A DNA stretch of 63,916 nucleotides, filler included, from Octopus bimaculoides (GCF_001194135.2; 9 parts of 8 records of this genome joined end to end with filler, not necessarily neighbours in it); one strand, 5' to 3'; shown: positions 13,103 through 26,290, numbered from the whole stretch's first letter. Notes: generated by a model from the sequence alone, not told the origin. Numbers and translations are program-made.

Positions 13103-15303
13103 TAATTTGTCAAATGTAATGCTTATCTGTTCACATTAATTTTGAGTTATTCAGGTTCAAGTGGGGGGTGTCCACAATATTTGCTTGTAACTTTGTTAAT
13201 TTTCTACATACAGATTAAAAATTTTATAAATGGGTGCTTATATGCCAGTGGTTTATAGTTATGTAATTTTAGCTGATCTTTCTGATTAAATTTGACTTTT
13301 ATGGGCAATTTAATTAACAGGTGTAAACAACAATAACATTATGAATAAACACTAAAGTTCATATTCTTAATACATCTCACCTGTTTGATTTTGTTACTAA
13401 AATTATCTCAAATGTCATCTGCCAACAATTTTACATTTTTCAAGATGAGGTACATTAATTTGAATTAATTGAAATACAGGTGTAATCGGTACAAGATTTT
13501 ATTCTTTCTCTATATTTTATTCAAACATCAAACCTCTTGCGAGGTACATGATATCACTCCATATCAGTCTCAGAGCCTATTCCACCTGGTCCGTAGTCAC
13601 AATGTGAATTTTTCCTTTACTTATCGAAAAGGTTTGGTACATTATTGTCCTTTCTTTAATGTTATTACGCGTCTCTTGCAGGGGTGGGGGACAGCTTCAC
13701 CTCAAAAGCATCCCGACTTAATAAATCTTTATACCTTCCAAATTTTCCGATAGCCATTTTCTTCTCCTGGCATTTTACCACATCAGCAAAATTCCTCTTC
13801 TTCTTCAATTGATCGTCCATCATCTGGACTGCCTCCAACAATTCCTCTTCCTCTTCCAATATGTCTGAGAAGCTATAGTCTTCTACAGACATGGTTTTAC
13901 TAAGCTATCTCTCCTCTCATGAGAAGAGAAAGCACAAACAGACAANNNNNNNNNNNNNNNNNNNNNNNNNNNNNNNNNNNNNNNNNNNNNNNNNNNNNNN
14001 NNNNNNNNNNNNNNNNNNNNNNNNNNNNNNNNNNNNNNNNNNNNNNNNNNNNNNNNNNNNNNNNNNNNNNNNNNNNNNNNNNNNNNNNNNNNNNNNNNNN
14101 NNNNNNNNNNNNNNNNNNNNNNNNNNNNNNNNNNNNNNNNNNNNNNNNNNNNNNNNNNNNNNNNNNNNNNNNNNNNNNNNNNNNNNNNNNNNNNNNNNNN
14201 NNNNNNNNNNNNNNNNNNNNNNNNNNNNNNNNNNNNNNNNNNNNNNNNNNNNNNNNNNNNNNNNNNNNNNNNNNNNNNNNNNNNNNNNNNNNNNNNNNNN
14301 NNNNNNNNNNNNNNNNNNNNNNNNNNNNNNNNNNNNNNNNNNNNNNNNNNNNNNNNNNNNNNNNNNNNNNNNNNNNNNNNNNNNNNNNNNNNNNNNNNNN
14401 NNNNNNNNNNNNNNNNNNNNNNNNNNNNNNNNNNNNNNNNNNNNNNNNNNNNNNNNNNNNNNNNNNNNNNNNNNNNNNNNNNNNNNNNNNNNNNNNNNNN
14501 NNNNNNNNNNNNNNNNNNNNNNNNNNNNNNNNNNNNNNNNNNNNNNNNNNNNNNNNNNNNNNNNNNNNNNNNNNNNNNNNNGGTAAAAATTAACAATAAA
14601 ACATACAAGAAAACATCCTTTCTCATGAAAATGTTTTCTTCCAAATTTTGATGTTATTCTCTTCCGACTTTTTAGTGCTGCTATTTTCTTCCTAATTTTC
14701 ATCCAATCAGTGAAATTCCATCCCAATTAGTTTTGAAAAGAAGTGAAACATGTGGCATGTTCATTACACATCTAAGCATGTTCTTCTGTTGCATTCCTCA
14801 TGTTGATAAGAAATATTGCGGATGCACTGACTTAAAAGTGCATGTTTCTGCCTGCAATTATGTGTGTGTGTGTATGTGTATATGTATATATGTACTTATG
14901 TATGTATATGTGTATATGCACTTATGTATGTATATGTGTATATGCACTTATGTATGTATATGTATATGCATTTAAGTATGTACATGTGTAAATGTACTTA
15001 TGTATGTATATATGTGTGCGTAAATATATATATACACATATGTATTATATATATATATAGATGTATATGTGTGTGTATGTATATGTATATATTGATGTGT
15101 GTGCATGTGTATATATATGTATATATATATGTATATATATATNNNNNNNNNNGCATCGTTAAAATGGTTCTTCCCACGAACACAAATTAAATTGTTTTCG
15201 TTGAGGGTAGTGGCGGACGGAAAACAAGACAGGAAAACGAAACGGTGAAATAAACAAACAAAAAGGCTGTACAGCCAGACGTGAAGTGTGTATGTCTCGA
15301 ACG

Positions 15304-15339
<36 letters not shown>

Positions 15340-15753
15340 GTATGTATGTATAAAATCTCAAAACATTTCTGCAAACAGAAGCAATTGTAAAGCCCTTGAT
15401 GTCTTTAAAATTTTGGCTTTTACTTAAAATTTCACGTACATTTTCCCTTGACTTAACGAGAAGTGGATGGAAGCAAACAAAGCTGATGAGAAGGAATTTG
15501 GGTGATGTGAATGCTAAATGCTATAAGGGACAAGGATTGCCATGTGTGTTGCCTTCATAGAAGCTCTAGGAGGATATGGGAAAGAAAAATGTTATAACTA
15601 CATATATGTACACACTCACATATACACACACACCATCATCCTCATCATCATCATTACCACCACCACTACTGCCACCATCATCATACTTACATTCAACTTA
15701 TACATACATGCACGTATATGTACATACGTATATGTACATGAGACTCAGTCTCA

Positions 15754-15989
15754 ACTCATGGCTCGCCACTTTAGCCTGCGTGGATATCCACCCACCACCA
15801 TCCACACCGCCCTTGCCAGAGCACGTTCTGTGGACCGTGCATCTGCTCTCTCCCCCCGAACCCGCCCTGCCATTTCCCGCCTCCCTTTTCCCCTCACCTA
15901 CGTTCCCACCACCCTACCCCTCCAACGCTCCATTCTCCGAGCTTTCCGGCGCCTCCAGTCCGACCCCTCCACCTCCCACATCTTCCCTA
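15754..15989 (+). mobile_element. Penelope-like element fragment (RT-to-endonuclease linker)
   Basis: RHFSLRGYPPTTIHTALARARSVDR...LPFPLTYVP...ILRAFRRLQSDPSTSHIFP, a typical PLE motif. Confidence 0.75.
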
Positions 15990-16233
15990 ANNNNNNNNNN
16001 NNNNNNNNNNNNNNNNNNNNNNNNNNNNNNNNNNTTAATTAATTAANNNNNNNNNNNNNNNNNNNNNNNNNNNNNNNNNNNNNNNNNNNNTATGTATGTA
16101 TGTATGTATTTATGTATGTATGTATGTATGTATGTATGTATGTATATATATATATAGTGAGCATATAAGTGCAAAACAAGACAGTACTCGAATACTAAAG
16201 GTAGAGTGATATACTTTTATTAAAGCAGAAAAA

Positions 16234-16291
16234 TTATCACAGAACTGTTATTCAAAGTTTCACATTCCCGTTCGTCGAACAGTTGTGATAA
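16234..16291 (-). ncRNA. Variant minimal hammerhead ribozyme motif
   Basis: TTATCACA-ACTGT tcGACGA ACG-GGAA-TGT GAAA CTTTGAATA ACAGT-tc-TGTGATAA: 13-bp stem I and GNRA-capped stem II. Confidence 0.6.
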
Positions 16292-16679
16292 ATACTGAAT
16301 TAAAATCGTGATTATACATACAATATGATATTACACATACAATATAATGTTATGTGATATAATTCAAATACACGAATAAGCATTTAAATTTGATTAGGTG
16401 TCAGGTTTTCAAAACGTGACGGTATAATTTACGTCACAAGTTGGGTGGTAGGGGTGTGTGAAAATTAACAGCAAAGTATAAATATAAAAGTAAAATAAGA
16501 AAATTAAAATAAAAGTAATATGACGAAAAAGCCTTACGTGGAACAGGTGGGAATACCCAACATATATAACATTTTATAACAATGAAAAAGACGGAAATAA
16601 GAATAACCTCTTGTAGGAGCATTTTGTGTAGATCACGAATATAACATCCGTTTCTTTCGGCAACCCTAAAGTTTCTCGT

Positions 16680-17826
16680 AAATTATCATCTTATTTGCGT
16701 TAAATATACTGATGTTTCCGTAGGAATTGAGTGCAAACAGGATTGAGCCAAAACTGACACCTCCAAAAGTTATTAACGAATTTTTATATAATTTTCATGG
16801 GTTATTCCTAAGGTATTTGTCATCCTAGCTTATGAAAATTACAAAAGTACACTCAATATTTTTATAGTTATATGGGTCCAGATCCGAGGTAAATCTGACA
16901 AGAAACCACACCTCATCACCCGACCTGAACTCAATGACTCAGTTCGTAATCTATTACGAACTAAGCAACAATGGAACCTCTTGGATAAATATGCACGAAT
17001 TACAGTATTCAAGAAGCGTTCTGCAGATCTACAACAATTCTTTCTTCACTTTGGAAAACAACTTGACTTACTGTAATGATATCAGAGACCTAGTCAATGC
17101 CCTTGAGTTGACCTGTGTACCAAATGAGTGGAAGTTATTCATTGATGCATCCATTTACAATATTAAAGCGGTTTTGTTGCTCATTGGGAGCACCATGCCT
17201 TCAGTTCCAATTGCTCACTCAGTCATTTTAAGAGAGACATTGAGAATCTCACTTTTATTCAAGACCGCATATTCGTACGAGGAGCATGAGTGACTACTTT
17301 GTGCGATTTGAAGCGCTACCAAGATTTCAGATGCAATATGTCACTGAAGATACACTTTCTGCACTCTCATCTGTCTTTCTCCCCAGAGAAAGCAGGAGAT
17401 GTGAATGGTGAACATGGAGAGAGGTTCCATCAAGATATAGCGCCAATGGAAAACAGGTGTAAGGAAAAATGGAACCCAGCTATGCTGGCTGAATTCTGCT
17501 GGAACGTGAAGCGTAACGCACCTAAGACGTTTTATAAACGAAGGAGTAAATACTAAAAAGGTTAATACATTATATAATACTAACAAACATGCCGATTCAT
17601 TATATATTTATGAACTAATTACAATGGAAATATTTGGAAGCCAGAAAAAATTATGGTATCGTGGAAATTGGTATAAATTACATAGTGATTAAGTCGGTAA
17701 TTTACAAGAAAATGTGACGTGATGGGAAATTTTTGTTAAAAAATTCGAGTTTAGCACAATCAACTTTATAATTAAATGTACATGAGAACTATGTTTTTTC
17801 TTGGCCCTGAAATTTGTTGTACAGTG
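16680..17826 (+). mobile_element. DNA transposon remnant, probably Chapaev/CMC-like
   Basis: EWKLFIDAS...KAVLL; CNMSLKIHFLHSHL...EHGERFHQDI..ME.R...W...MLAEFCW; ends ...CAGTG followed by TAA. Confidence 0.65.
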
Positions 17827-17869
17827 TAATTAGTACGATAGCGAGTTGGGTGTTAAATGATGAAGTTAA

Positions 17870-18011
<142 letters not shown>

Positions 18012-18349
18012 AAGCTGGCAGAAAACTTTAACNNNNNNNNNNNNNNNNNNNNNNNNNNNNNNNNNNNNNNNNNNNNTTAATTAATTAANNNNNNNNNNNN
18101 NNNNNNNNNNNNNNNNNNNNNNNNNNNNNNNNAAAAAAAAAAAAAAAAAAAAAAAAGACCCCCAAAAAGTTCCGATTCAATGAGCTAAAGAAAGCGCTTG
18201 TACGTGGTTATTTAAATTTCAAGAAACAGCAGTCAATTCTCCCTCAAATAGCAACATAGTGATGCAGAAAAAGAGAAAAACATAGAAGAAAAGAAAGAAA
18301 AAGAAATGTGTATTGAAATGTTGTCTTGAATATATATATATCCTTTTTA

Positions 18350-18665
18350 TCTGTCTTCTACTTGTTTCAGTCATTGGACTGCGGCCATGCTGGAGCACCA
18401 CTTTGACCTTTGTACTTACTTTTAAGCCGGATACTTGTTCTATTTGTTGCCTTTCGTAGAACTGTTATGTTACAGAGACGTAAACAAAACAGCACCAGAT
18501 ATCAAGCAGCGGTGGGGTACAAGCACAAACGCACATACACACACACGCACGCATGCACACACACACACGAGCGCGCGCGCGAACGCACGCACACACGTAC
18601 ACACATGCATGACGAGATTCTTTCAGTTTCCCTCTCTACCAAATCAACTCACAAGGCACGAAATT
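18350..18665 (-). mobile_element. SINE family A copy, interrupted by CA repeats
   Basis: cttgtttcagtcattggactgcggccatgctggagcacc tail and ttcagtttcc..ctaccaaatc.actcacaaggc head segment. Confidence 0.7.
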
Positions 18666-18681
18666 TTTGGAGAGGCGGCCA

Positions 18682-18848
18682 CTCGATTAGATCGACCCTA
18701 GTACGCAACTGGTACTTAATTTATCGACCCCGAAGGGATGAAAGGTTAAGTCGACCTGGGCGGAATTTGAACTCAGAACGTAAAGACAGACGAAATACCC
18801 CTAAGCATTTCGCCCGGCGTGCTAACGATTCTGCCAGCTCGCCGCCAT
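18682..18848 (-). mobile_element. tRNA-derived SINE family B, intact head
   Basis: Ends gctaacgattctgccagctcgccgcc (A box TGGCAGAATCG on the minus strand). Confidence 0.85.
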
Positions 18849-19293
18849 TTTATTTTTCGATTTAGTTCTAATAAGTGTTAAGCAGAATTTTCCAATGTTC
18901 TTCGCGAGAAAGATGTGTGTCAGCTTAAATTTCAGTTTTTTTACTTTATTTGCTCTCCTAATGATAATTTTATTTTTATGCTCTCAAACTTAAGCGAGCG
19001 AGATAGTCGCTGAACTTCTTTCCCTCTCTGTTGGAAATGTTGCTTCAATGTTACAATCCAAGTCTGGTACGATGTTAACATAAGATCTAAGACCACAGCC
19101 GCCCTCCTTGCCGTGGGAAACCTAATCTGTTTACACCCTCTCGTTGTTGAAATATCTAGTGTGTGTATGCGTGTACGCATACGCATGTATATACACATGT
19201 ACACTTACATACATATACATATATGTATATATATATATGCGTGTATATATATACATATACGTCTGCGTGCCCATGTGTGTGTCTTTATATATG

Positions 19294-19395
<102 letters not shown>

Positions 19396-19619
19396 GTTTA
19401 AATGTATATATACATATGTGCCTGTGTGAATACGTGTTTCTATATATACATGTTTACAGTACTGTAGTAATGATCTCTTAATGGTCGTGTAACTAATAGG
19501 CTTATGCAAATTAGATCACATATACACGAATAAACATATATAAATACGTATGCACATGCATACGCACATTTATGTATGTGTGTAAAAGAATACGAATTTT
19601 AAAGCAAAAATCTAGTATT

Positions 19620-19965
19620 ATGAACAGGGTAAAATGCCCCTTCGGTCATGAACGATAATGGGATTGCACCTAGAAAGTTCCCCTCCGCGGCACAAGTCCG
19701 GTCAAAACTGTTGTTTATGGAAGACCATCTGTCACCCCTGCATACCAGCCCCACCTCTCTACGCCACCGATGTTATTCAGGAGAAAGGCAAATGCTGATA
19801 CAGCTTGGCACCAGTAATGTCGCAGCTAATATCTACATCTGAGTGAACTGGAGCAACGTGAAATAAAGTGTCTTGCTCAAGAGCACAATACGCAGCCCGG
19901 TCCTGGAATTGAACTCTCTACCTCATGTGTATGAGCCCAAAGCTGTAAACACTGAGGTATGTGCT
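19620..19965 (-). mobile_element. tRNA-derived SINE family E (V/CORE-like central block)
   Basis: Minus strand gagttcaattccaggaccggg...tgtgctcttgagcaagacactttatttcac. Confidence 0.7.
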
Positions 19966-19993
19966 TTTATGTATACATATACATACACATGTG

Positions 19994-20378
19994 TGGAGGC
20001 GCAATGGCCCAGTGGTTAGGGCAGCGGACTCGCGGTCATAGAAATCGTGGTTTCGATTCCCAGACCGGGCGTTGTGAGTGTTTATTGAGCGAAAGCACCT
20101 AAAGCTCCACGAGGCTCCGGCAGGGGATGGTGGCGAAACCTGCTGTACTCTTTCACCACAACTTTCTCTTACTTCCTGTTTCTGTTGTGCCTGTAATTCA
20201 AAGGGTCAGCCTTGTCACACTCTCTGTCACGCTGAATATCCCCGAGAACTACGTTAAGGGTACACGTTTCTGTGGAGTGCTCAGCCACTTGGACGTTAAT
20301 TTCACGAGCAGGCTGTTCCGTTGATCGGATCAACTGGAACCCTCGACGTCGTAAGCAACGGAGTGCCAACAACAACCA
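19994..20378 (+). mobile_element. tRNA-derived SINE family D, apparently full length
   Basis: A box tggcccagtggt, B box ggtttcgattcc, (CAA)n tail; second copy at 49255-49505. Confidence 0.85.
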
Positions 20379-20811
20379 CATACACAAGTGATACGAATTT
20401 TATAGCGAAAATCATCGTATTATGAACAGCAAAAACAGCAACGAGCTTACGATGGAGTTTTAATATAATCATTAAACCTCTTAGAAATATGACCAAAGAA
20501 TCTCAAGCTCAACCTGTTCATAACTGCAGCTAAAGAAAGCGTGAATGTGATCGCTCGCTCTGGTTAGCATTAATGCCCAATCGGTAAGATTCAACGTGGT
20601 TGTTTTATGTGATTCAATTCGTTAACAGTTAGCCAATGGGAGAGCTTCTATGCCGGTCAAATGTTAGCAGCGGTATATTGTGATGGAGACCCTATATATC
20701 TAGGTTAAGATGTTAGCAATAGCACCCAGTGAGATAGATTTTATGTAGATCAACTTGTTAACAACAGTAACTCTTCCTCCCCCCCCCCCACCAAATTTAT
20801 CTCTGAACGAC

Positions 20812-20894
20812 CTAAAAAAATGGTAAAGCGGCTGTTGAAAACGTTTGTACACCAGGGTGTTTGGAGAGGATTTGTCGGGAATATGGACGGAATC
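20812..20894 (-). CDS. Candidate terminal exon 4 of an unrecognised gene: (G)FRPYSRQILSKHPGVQTFSTAALPFF*
   Basis: Acceptor gtttcttctttgtaacAG; phase 1 matches exon 3; other frames are also locally open. Confidence 0.45.
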
Positions 20895-21299
20895 CTGTTA
20901 CAAAGAAGAAACATTACCTCACAGAGCGCGATAGAGAGAGAGAAAGAGAAGGGGTGATGAAAAGAGTGAGAAAGCCTGGAGAGAAAAAGCAACAGCGATA
21001 CTAATAACAACAACAATATATTCTGCAAGACAACAAAAAGGAACAAAACAAAATATACAGACATACAAAATGCTACCATTTGCGTTAAAAACGAAAACGT
21101 CACTAACAACAACAACAACAGCAACAACAAAAGTAGCAACAACAAAAGTAACAAAACAACAACAACATCAGGAGCAACAGCAGCCGCAACATCAACAGCA
21201 GCAACAATAACACTATCAATACAAACAGTAAAAACCACAACAGCAGCGTCAATGATAATCCTTTCCACTGGAGACACACAGCCCCAAATTTGTTGGGTG

Positions 21300-21692
21300 G
21301 GGACTAGTCGATTATATCGATCCCAGTATTTCACTGGTACTTAAATTATAGACCCCGAAAGGATGAAAGGCAAAGTAGACCTCGGCGGAATTTGAACTCG
21401 GAACTTAGCGACGAGTGAAATACGACTAAGCATTTCGTACAGCGCGCTAAGGATTCTTATTTCTTTTATTGCCCACAAGGGGCTAAACATAGAGGGGACA
21501 AACAAGGACAGACAAAGGGATTAAGTCGATTACATCGACCCCAGTGCATAACTGGTACTTAATTTATAGACCCCGAAAGGATGAAAGGCAAAGTCGACCT
21601 CGGCGGAATTTGAACTCGGAACGTAGCGACGAGTGAAATACCACTAAGCATTTCGTCCAGCGCGCTAATGATTCTGCCAGCTCACCGCCTTA
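21300..21692 (-). mobile_element. SINE family B head-to-tail dimer
   Basis: Two cores joined at gctaaggatt|cttatttc (about 21456). Confidence 0.85.
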
Positions 21693-21713
21693 GCAGCAGC
21701 AATAATGGTCATA

Positions 21714-21880
21714 GGCGCAGGCGTGGCTGTGTGGTAATAAGCTTGCTTCCCAACCACATGGTTCCGGGTTCAGTCCCTCTGCATGGCACCTTGGGCAAGT
21801 GTCCTCTGCTATAGCCTCGGGCTGACCAAAGCCTTGTGAGTGGATTTGGCAAACGGAAACTGAGATAAATCTGTCGTCAT
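21714..21880 (+). mobile_element. SINE family A tRNA head
   Basis: tggctgtgtggt A box, gggttcagtccc B box, ggcaccttgggcaagtgtc block. Confidence 0.85.
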
Positions 21881-22849
21881 ATATATGTATCTGTCTGTCT
21901 GTCTGTTTATAAATGTATGCCTGCTCCCTCTCTCTCTGAGTCTGAGTACGTGTGTGTGTGTGTGTNNNNNNNNNNNNNNNNNNNNNNNNNNNNNNNNNNN
22001 NNNNNNNNNNNNNNNNNNNNNNNNNNNNNNNNNNNNNNNNNNNNNNNNNNNNNNNNNNNNNNNNNNNNNNNNNNNNNNNNNNNNNNNNNNNNNNNNNNNN
22101 NNNNNNNNNNNNNNNNNNNNNNNNNNNNNNNNNNNNNNNNNNNNNNNNNNNNNNNNNNNNNNNNNNNNNNNNNNNNNNNNNNNNNNNNNNNNNNNNNNNN
22201 NNNNNNNNNNNNNNNNNNNNNNNNNNNNNNNNNNNNNNNNNNNNNNNNNNNNNNNNNNNNNNNNNNNNNNNNNNNNNNNNNNNNNNNNNNNNNNNNNNNN
22301 NNNNNNNNNNNNNNNNNNNNNNNNNNNNNNNNNNNNNNNNNNNNNNNNNNNNNNNNNNNNNNNNNNNNNNNNNNNNNNNNNNNNNNNNNNNNNNNNNNNN
22401 NNNNNNNNNNNNNNNNNNNNNNNNNNNNNNNNNNNNNNNNNNNNNNNNNNNNNNNNNNNNNNNNNNNNNNNNNNNNNNNNNNNNNNNNNNNNNNNNNNNN
22501 NNNNNNNNNNNNNNNNNNNNNNNNNNNNNNNNNNNNNNNNNNNNNNNNNNNNNNNNNNNNNNNNNNNNNNNNNNNNNNNNNNNNNNNNNNNNNNNNNNNN
22601 NNNNNNNNNNNNNNNNNNNNNNNNNNNNNNNNNNNNNNNNNNNNNNNNNNNNNNNNNNNNNNNNNNNNNNNNNNNNNNNNNNNNNNNNNNNNNNNNNNNN
22701 NNNNNNNNNNNNNNNNNNNNNNNCGAGAGATATTTTATTTCAGTTGAATCTGATGTCAGAAAGTACTTTTTTTCCCCAAGATATTTTGTTTTCTGTCTGT
22801 CTGTCTGTTTATAAATGTATGCCTGCTCCCTCTCTCTCTGAGTCTGAGT

Positions 22850-22885
<36 letters not shown>

Positions 22886-23274
22886 ATTTATGTTTACATG
22901 TGAGTATACACACACACACACGCACGCACATCTCTCTTTCTCTCTCTCACTCTCTATAAATATATATATATATATTAAGCACACACAAATACAATATGAC
23001 GCACACGCACGTATGTGCACACACCAACACAAATGCATGTGTATGTGTATGTGTATGTGTATGTATGTTTATATATCTCTCGCAGCCTCACTATCTCTGA
23101 CCTCTCTCCCTTTGAAGATAAATATGTACATGTAATGTATACATAAGTTTATTCATAGATGTATACATGAATGTATGCACACAAACATACATGCAAACAC
23201 ACACATATATGTATATGCATGTATGTATATATATATATATATATATATACATACATACACACACACACATCACA

Positions 23275-23460
23275 TATAAATATATTCTTTTACATGTTTC
23301 AATCATTTTGATTGTGGCTACGCTGGAGCACCACCATTTAGTCAAAGGAATCGCCCCCTGGACTTATTCTTTGTACGTCTGGTATTTATTTTATCCGTCT
23401 CCTATGCCGAACAGCTGAGTTACGGGGACGTAAACCCACTAGCATCGGTTGTCAAACACA
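23275..23460 (-). mobile_element. SINE family A body/tail
   Basis: gctggagcaccacc...ggacttattctttg...ttacggggacgtaaac...gcatcggttgtcaa. Confidence 0.8.
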
Positions 23461-23674
23461 CGAATATATACATACATACATACAAACACACATTAACAGC
23501 CATATCAAGAACAAAACTTATATATACTAGATTATCTCTCTCTCTCAATAAATCAATCAATCGATCTATCTGTTTGTCTCACCGTTCATCCGGCTGTTCG
23601 TCTGTCTGCCTGTCTATGAATCTATTTGTCTGTCTATTTGTCTGCCAGTCAGTCTGTCTATCTATCTATCTATC

Positions 23675-23746
<72 letters not shown>

Positions 23747-23938
23747 GTATGTATATGTATGTATACACACATACATTTGTATATATGTATACACACACAC
23801 ACACACACACACTCACGCATATAACGATGACTGTATTTTTCCAGGGTGAGAACTCTTCTGGCTTGTGTAATGGCGTACATGACCTCATAGTAACAAATCT
23901 GTTTACACCGACTTGCCGAATTTAATGGTTTCTATTAC

Positions 23939-24054
23939 CTCTGTGAATCTGCATGAGGTTTTCACATTGAACCTTTATAGGGGTTGAAGGTGCTGGTGGG
24001 GGATGTGTGGCCGTGGTGATGGTGGGTCTCTCATTGAATTCAACGCTTGTGGAA
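23939..24054 (-). CDS. Candidate internal exon 3: STSVEFNERPTITTATHPPPAPSTPIKVQCENLMQIHR
   Basis: Acceptor ttctggctttcAG, donor AG|GTAATA, 116 nt, only one open frame (phase 2 in, phase 1 out). Confidence 0.6.
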
Positions 24055-24371
24055 CTGAAAGCCAGAAGTTTGTACGTCGGACACAGAGACTTTTAAAACA
24101 GGTTGTGATTTACGGCTGCACGCGTCCAGAAAACGTTCAACTCACTCGCTAGCTGTATCCCTCTTACTCTCACCTTCTCCCTATCTTACCTTCCCTCTCT
24201 ATTCCTCTCTCTCTCTCTCTCTCTCCCCACACTTTCTTTCTCCCTCTCTCCCTCTATCTTATTTTCTCTCTCTTTGTTCCTGTCTCACTCTTTCCTTTTT
24301 CTCTTTCTCTCTCTTTCTTTCTTTCTCTCACTACACACACACACACTCATATATATAAAGTCTGTCATACC

Positions 24372-24411
24372 GGCCATGACGAAGGGAAATAACCCTGAAA
24401 CTCGAGTCGCC
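24372..24411 (+). ncRNA. Minimal (dimer-type) hammerhead ribozyme motif
   Basis: GGC c(a)TGACGA AGGG-aaataa-CCCT GAA ACTCGAGT C GCC: 8-bp palindromic stem III and GUC triplet; 1-nt insertion in the core. Confidence 0.7.
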
Positions 24412-24434
24412 TTTATATATTTATATTTATATAT

Positions 24435-24705
24435 TTCTATATTTGATCCTTTATATTGAACACTCAATATTTCATCTACATTCAATACTTTCTTTCATGG
24501 TGCCATTTATTTTATTTTATTTTATATTGTATATTATATTATATATTGTATATTCCATATTCTATACCCCACATTAGTTCTGCAGGAATATAAATAAAAC
24601 ATAAAAAACAGACAGTGTTGGAACTCTTTTAAACAAAATAATATATGCCTCTATACACAATCATACAAAAAACCCCACCTTTTTTGTATTTATTTTTACT
24701 CGCAT
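24435..24705 (+). repeat. ~270-300 bp AT-rich repeat, direct copy at 27355-27665
   Basis: Shared atcctttatattgaacactcaatatttcatcta...tttgtatttatttttactcgcatata. Confidence 0.85.
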
Positions 24706-24859
24706 ATATATATATATACACACACACACACGTTAATATACATATACACATGTATACATATACAAATATATGTGCACCTTTGCATGTTTCTGTCTCTGTG
24801 TGAGTTTGTGCGTAGGGAGACAAGTGAGGAGAGAGAAAGAGAGATAGAGAGAGGATATA

Positions 24860-24927
<68 letters not shown>

Positions 24928-25544
24928 CATACACACACACACATATATACATACATACATACATATATATATATATACATATACAGATGTATGTGTGTGT
25001 GTGTGTATATATATATGTGTGCGTGTGTTTGTGTGTTCATATACATCTACGTTTATGTGTATATGTTTGCGTATGTATATGTACATAAATTCCTATATTG
25101 AGATATATGCATATGACATAAAAACACAAGCGCATGTATACACTCACACTCACACACACACACACACATATATATATAAACGTGTATATATTATGTAATC
25201 GTGTAATATACATGTATTATACATACACACACTTATATACTTACGTACAATGAAAGAAAACACGATAGAGAGAAAGAAGGCGAAGGAGAGTAGAGAGAGA
25301 GACGAAAAGAGGGATACAGAATAGAGAGAGTGTGGAGTGTAGGAGAGAGTGTGTGAGTATAAGTGAGACAAAGAAAAAGAGGTTGGAGTAACGGATACGA
25401 AAGGCCTAAGAACACGGTGTGCACTTGTCGAAGAGACAGCATATGCTTCGCATATGTGATTTATGCCGGAGTCTATTTAATATGTTCATGTCAAGAAACG
25501 TTGATAGTGTTGAAATATCGCTAGTGCAATACACAACCACTATA

Positions 25545-25942
25545 GCTTTGGTGGTAATAAGTTTGCTCCCTAACCACATAGTTCCGAGTTCAGTCCCATT
25601 GTGTGACATCTTGGGCAAGTGTCTTCTTATTTCTTATTTCTGTATTGCCCACAAGGGGCTAAACGTAGAAGGGACAAACAAGGACAGGCAAAGGGATTAA
25701 GTCGATTACATCGACCCCAGTGCGTAACTGGTACTTAATTTATCGACCCCGAAAGGATGAAAGGCAAAGTTGACCTCGGCGGAATTTGAACTCAGAGCGT
25801 AAAGACAGACGAAATAACCACTAAACATTTCGCCTGGCATGCTAGCGTTTCTTATTTCCTTATTGCCCACAAGGGACTAAACATAGAGGGGGACAAACAA
25901 GGACAGACAAAGGGATTAAGTCGATTACATCGACCCCAGTGC
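25545..25942. mobile_element. SINE A head (+) interrupted by a SINE B tandem array (-)
   Basis: ttgggcaagtgtcttct joined to (cttattt)2 ctgtattgcccacaagggg; second unit starts at about 25851. Confidence 0.85.
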
Positions 25943-26042
25943 NNNNNNNNNNNNNNNNNNNNNNNNNNNNNNNNNNNNNNNNNNNNTTAATTAATTAANN
26001 NNNNNNNNNNNNNNNNNNNNNNNNNNNNNNNNNNNNNNNNNN

Positions 26043-26084
<42 letters not shown>

Positions 26085-26290
26085 ATATGTTTGTGTGTCT
26101 GTGTTTGTCCCCCCAACATCGCTTGACAACCAATGCTGGTGTGTTTACATCCCTGTAACTTAGCAGTTCGGCAAAAGAGACCGATAGAATAAGTACTAGG
26201 CTTACAAAGAATAAGTCCTGGGGTCAATTTGCTCGACTAAAGGCGGTGCTCCAGCATGACCACAGTCAAATGACAAACAAGTAAAAGAGT
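26085..26290 (+). mobile_element. SINE family A body/tail
   Basis: gcttgacaaccaatgctggtgtgtttac...ggcggtgctccagcatgaccacagtc. Confidence 0.85.

Noticed and set aside
19994-20075. tRNA-like sequences at SINE heads (also 21714, 28212, 49430)
   Set aside because: They run straight into SINE bodies and lack a full cloverleaf, so they are not tRNA genes
25629-25942. Regularly spaced repeats suggesting a CRISPR array
   Set aside because: Eukaryotic SINE multimers; no unique spacers and no cas genes
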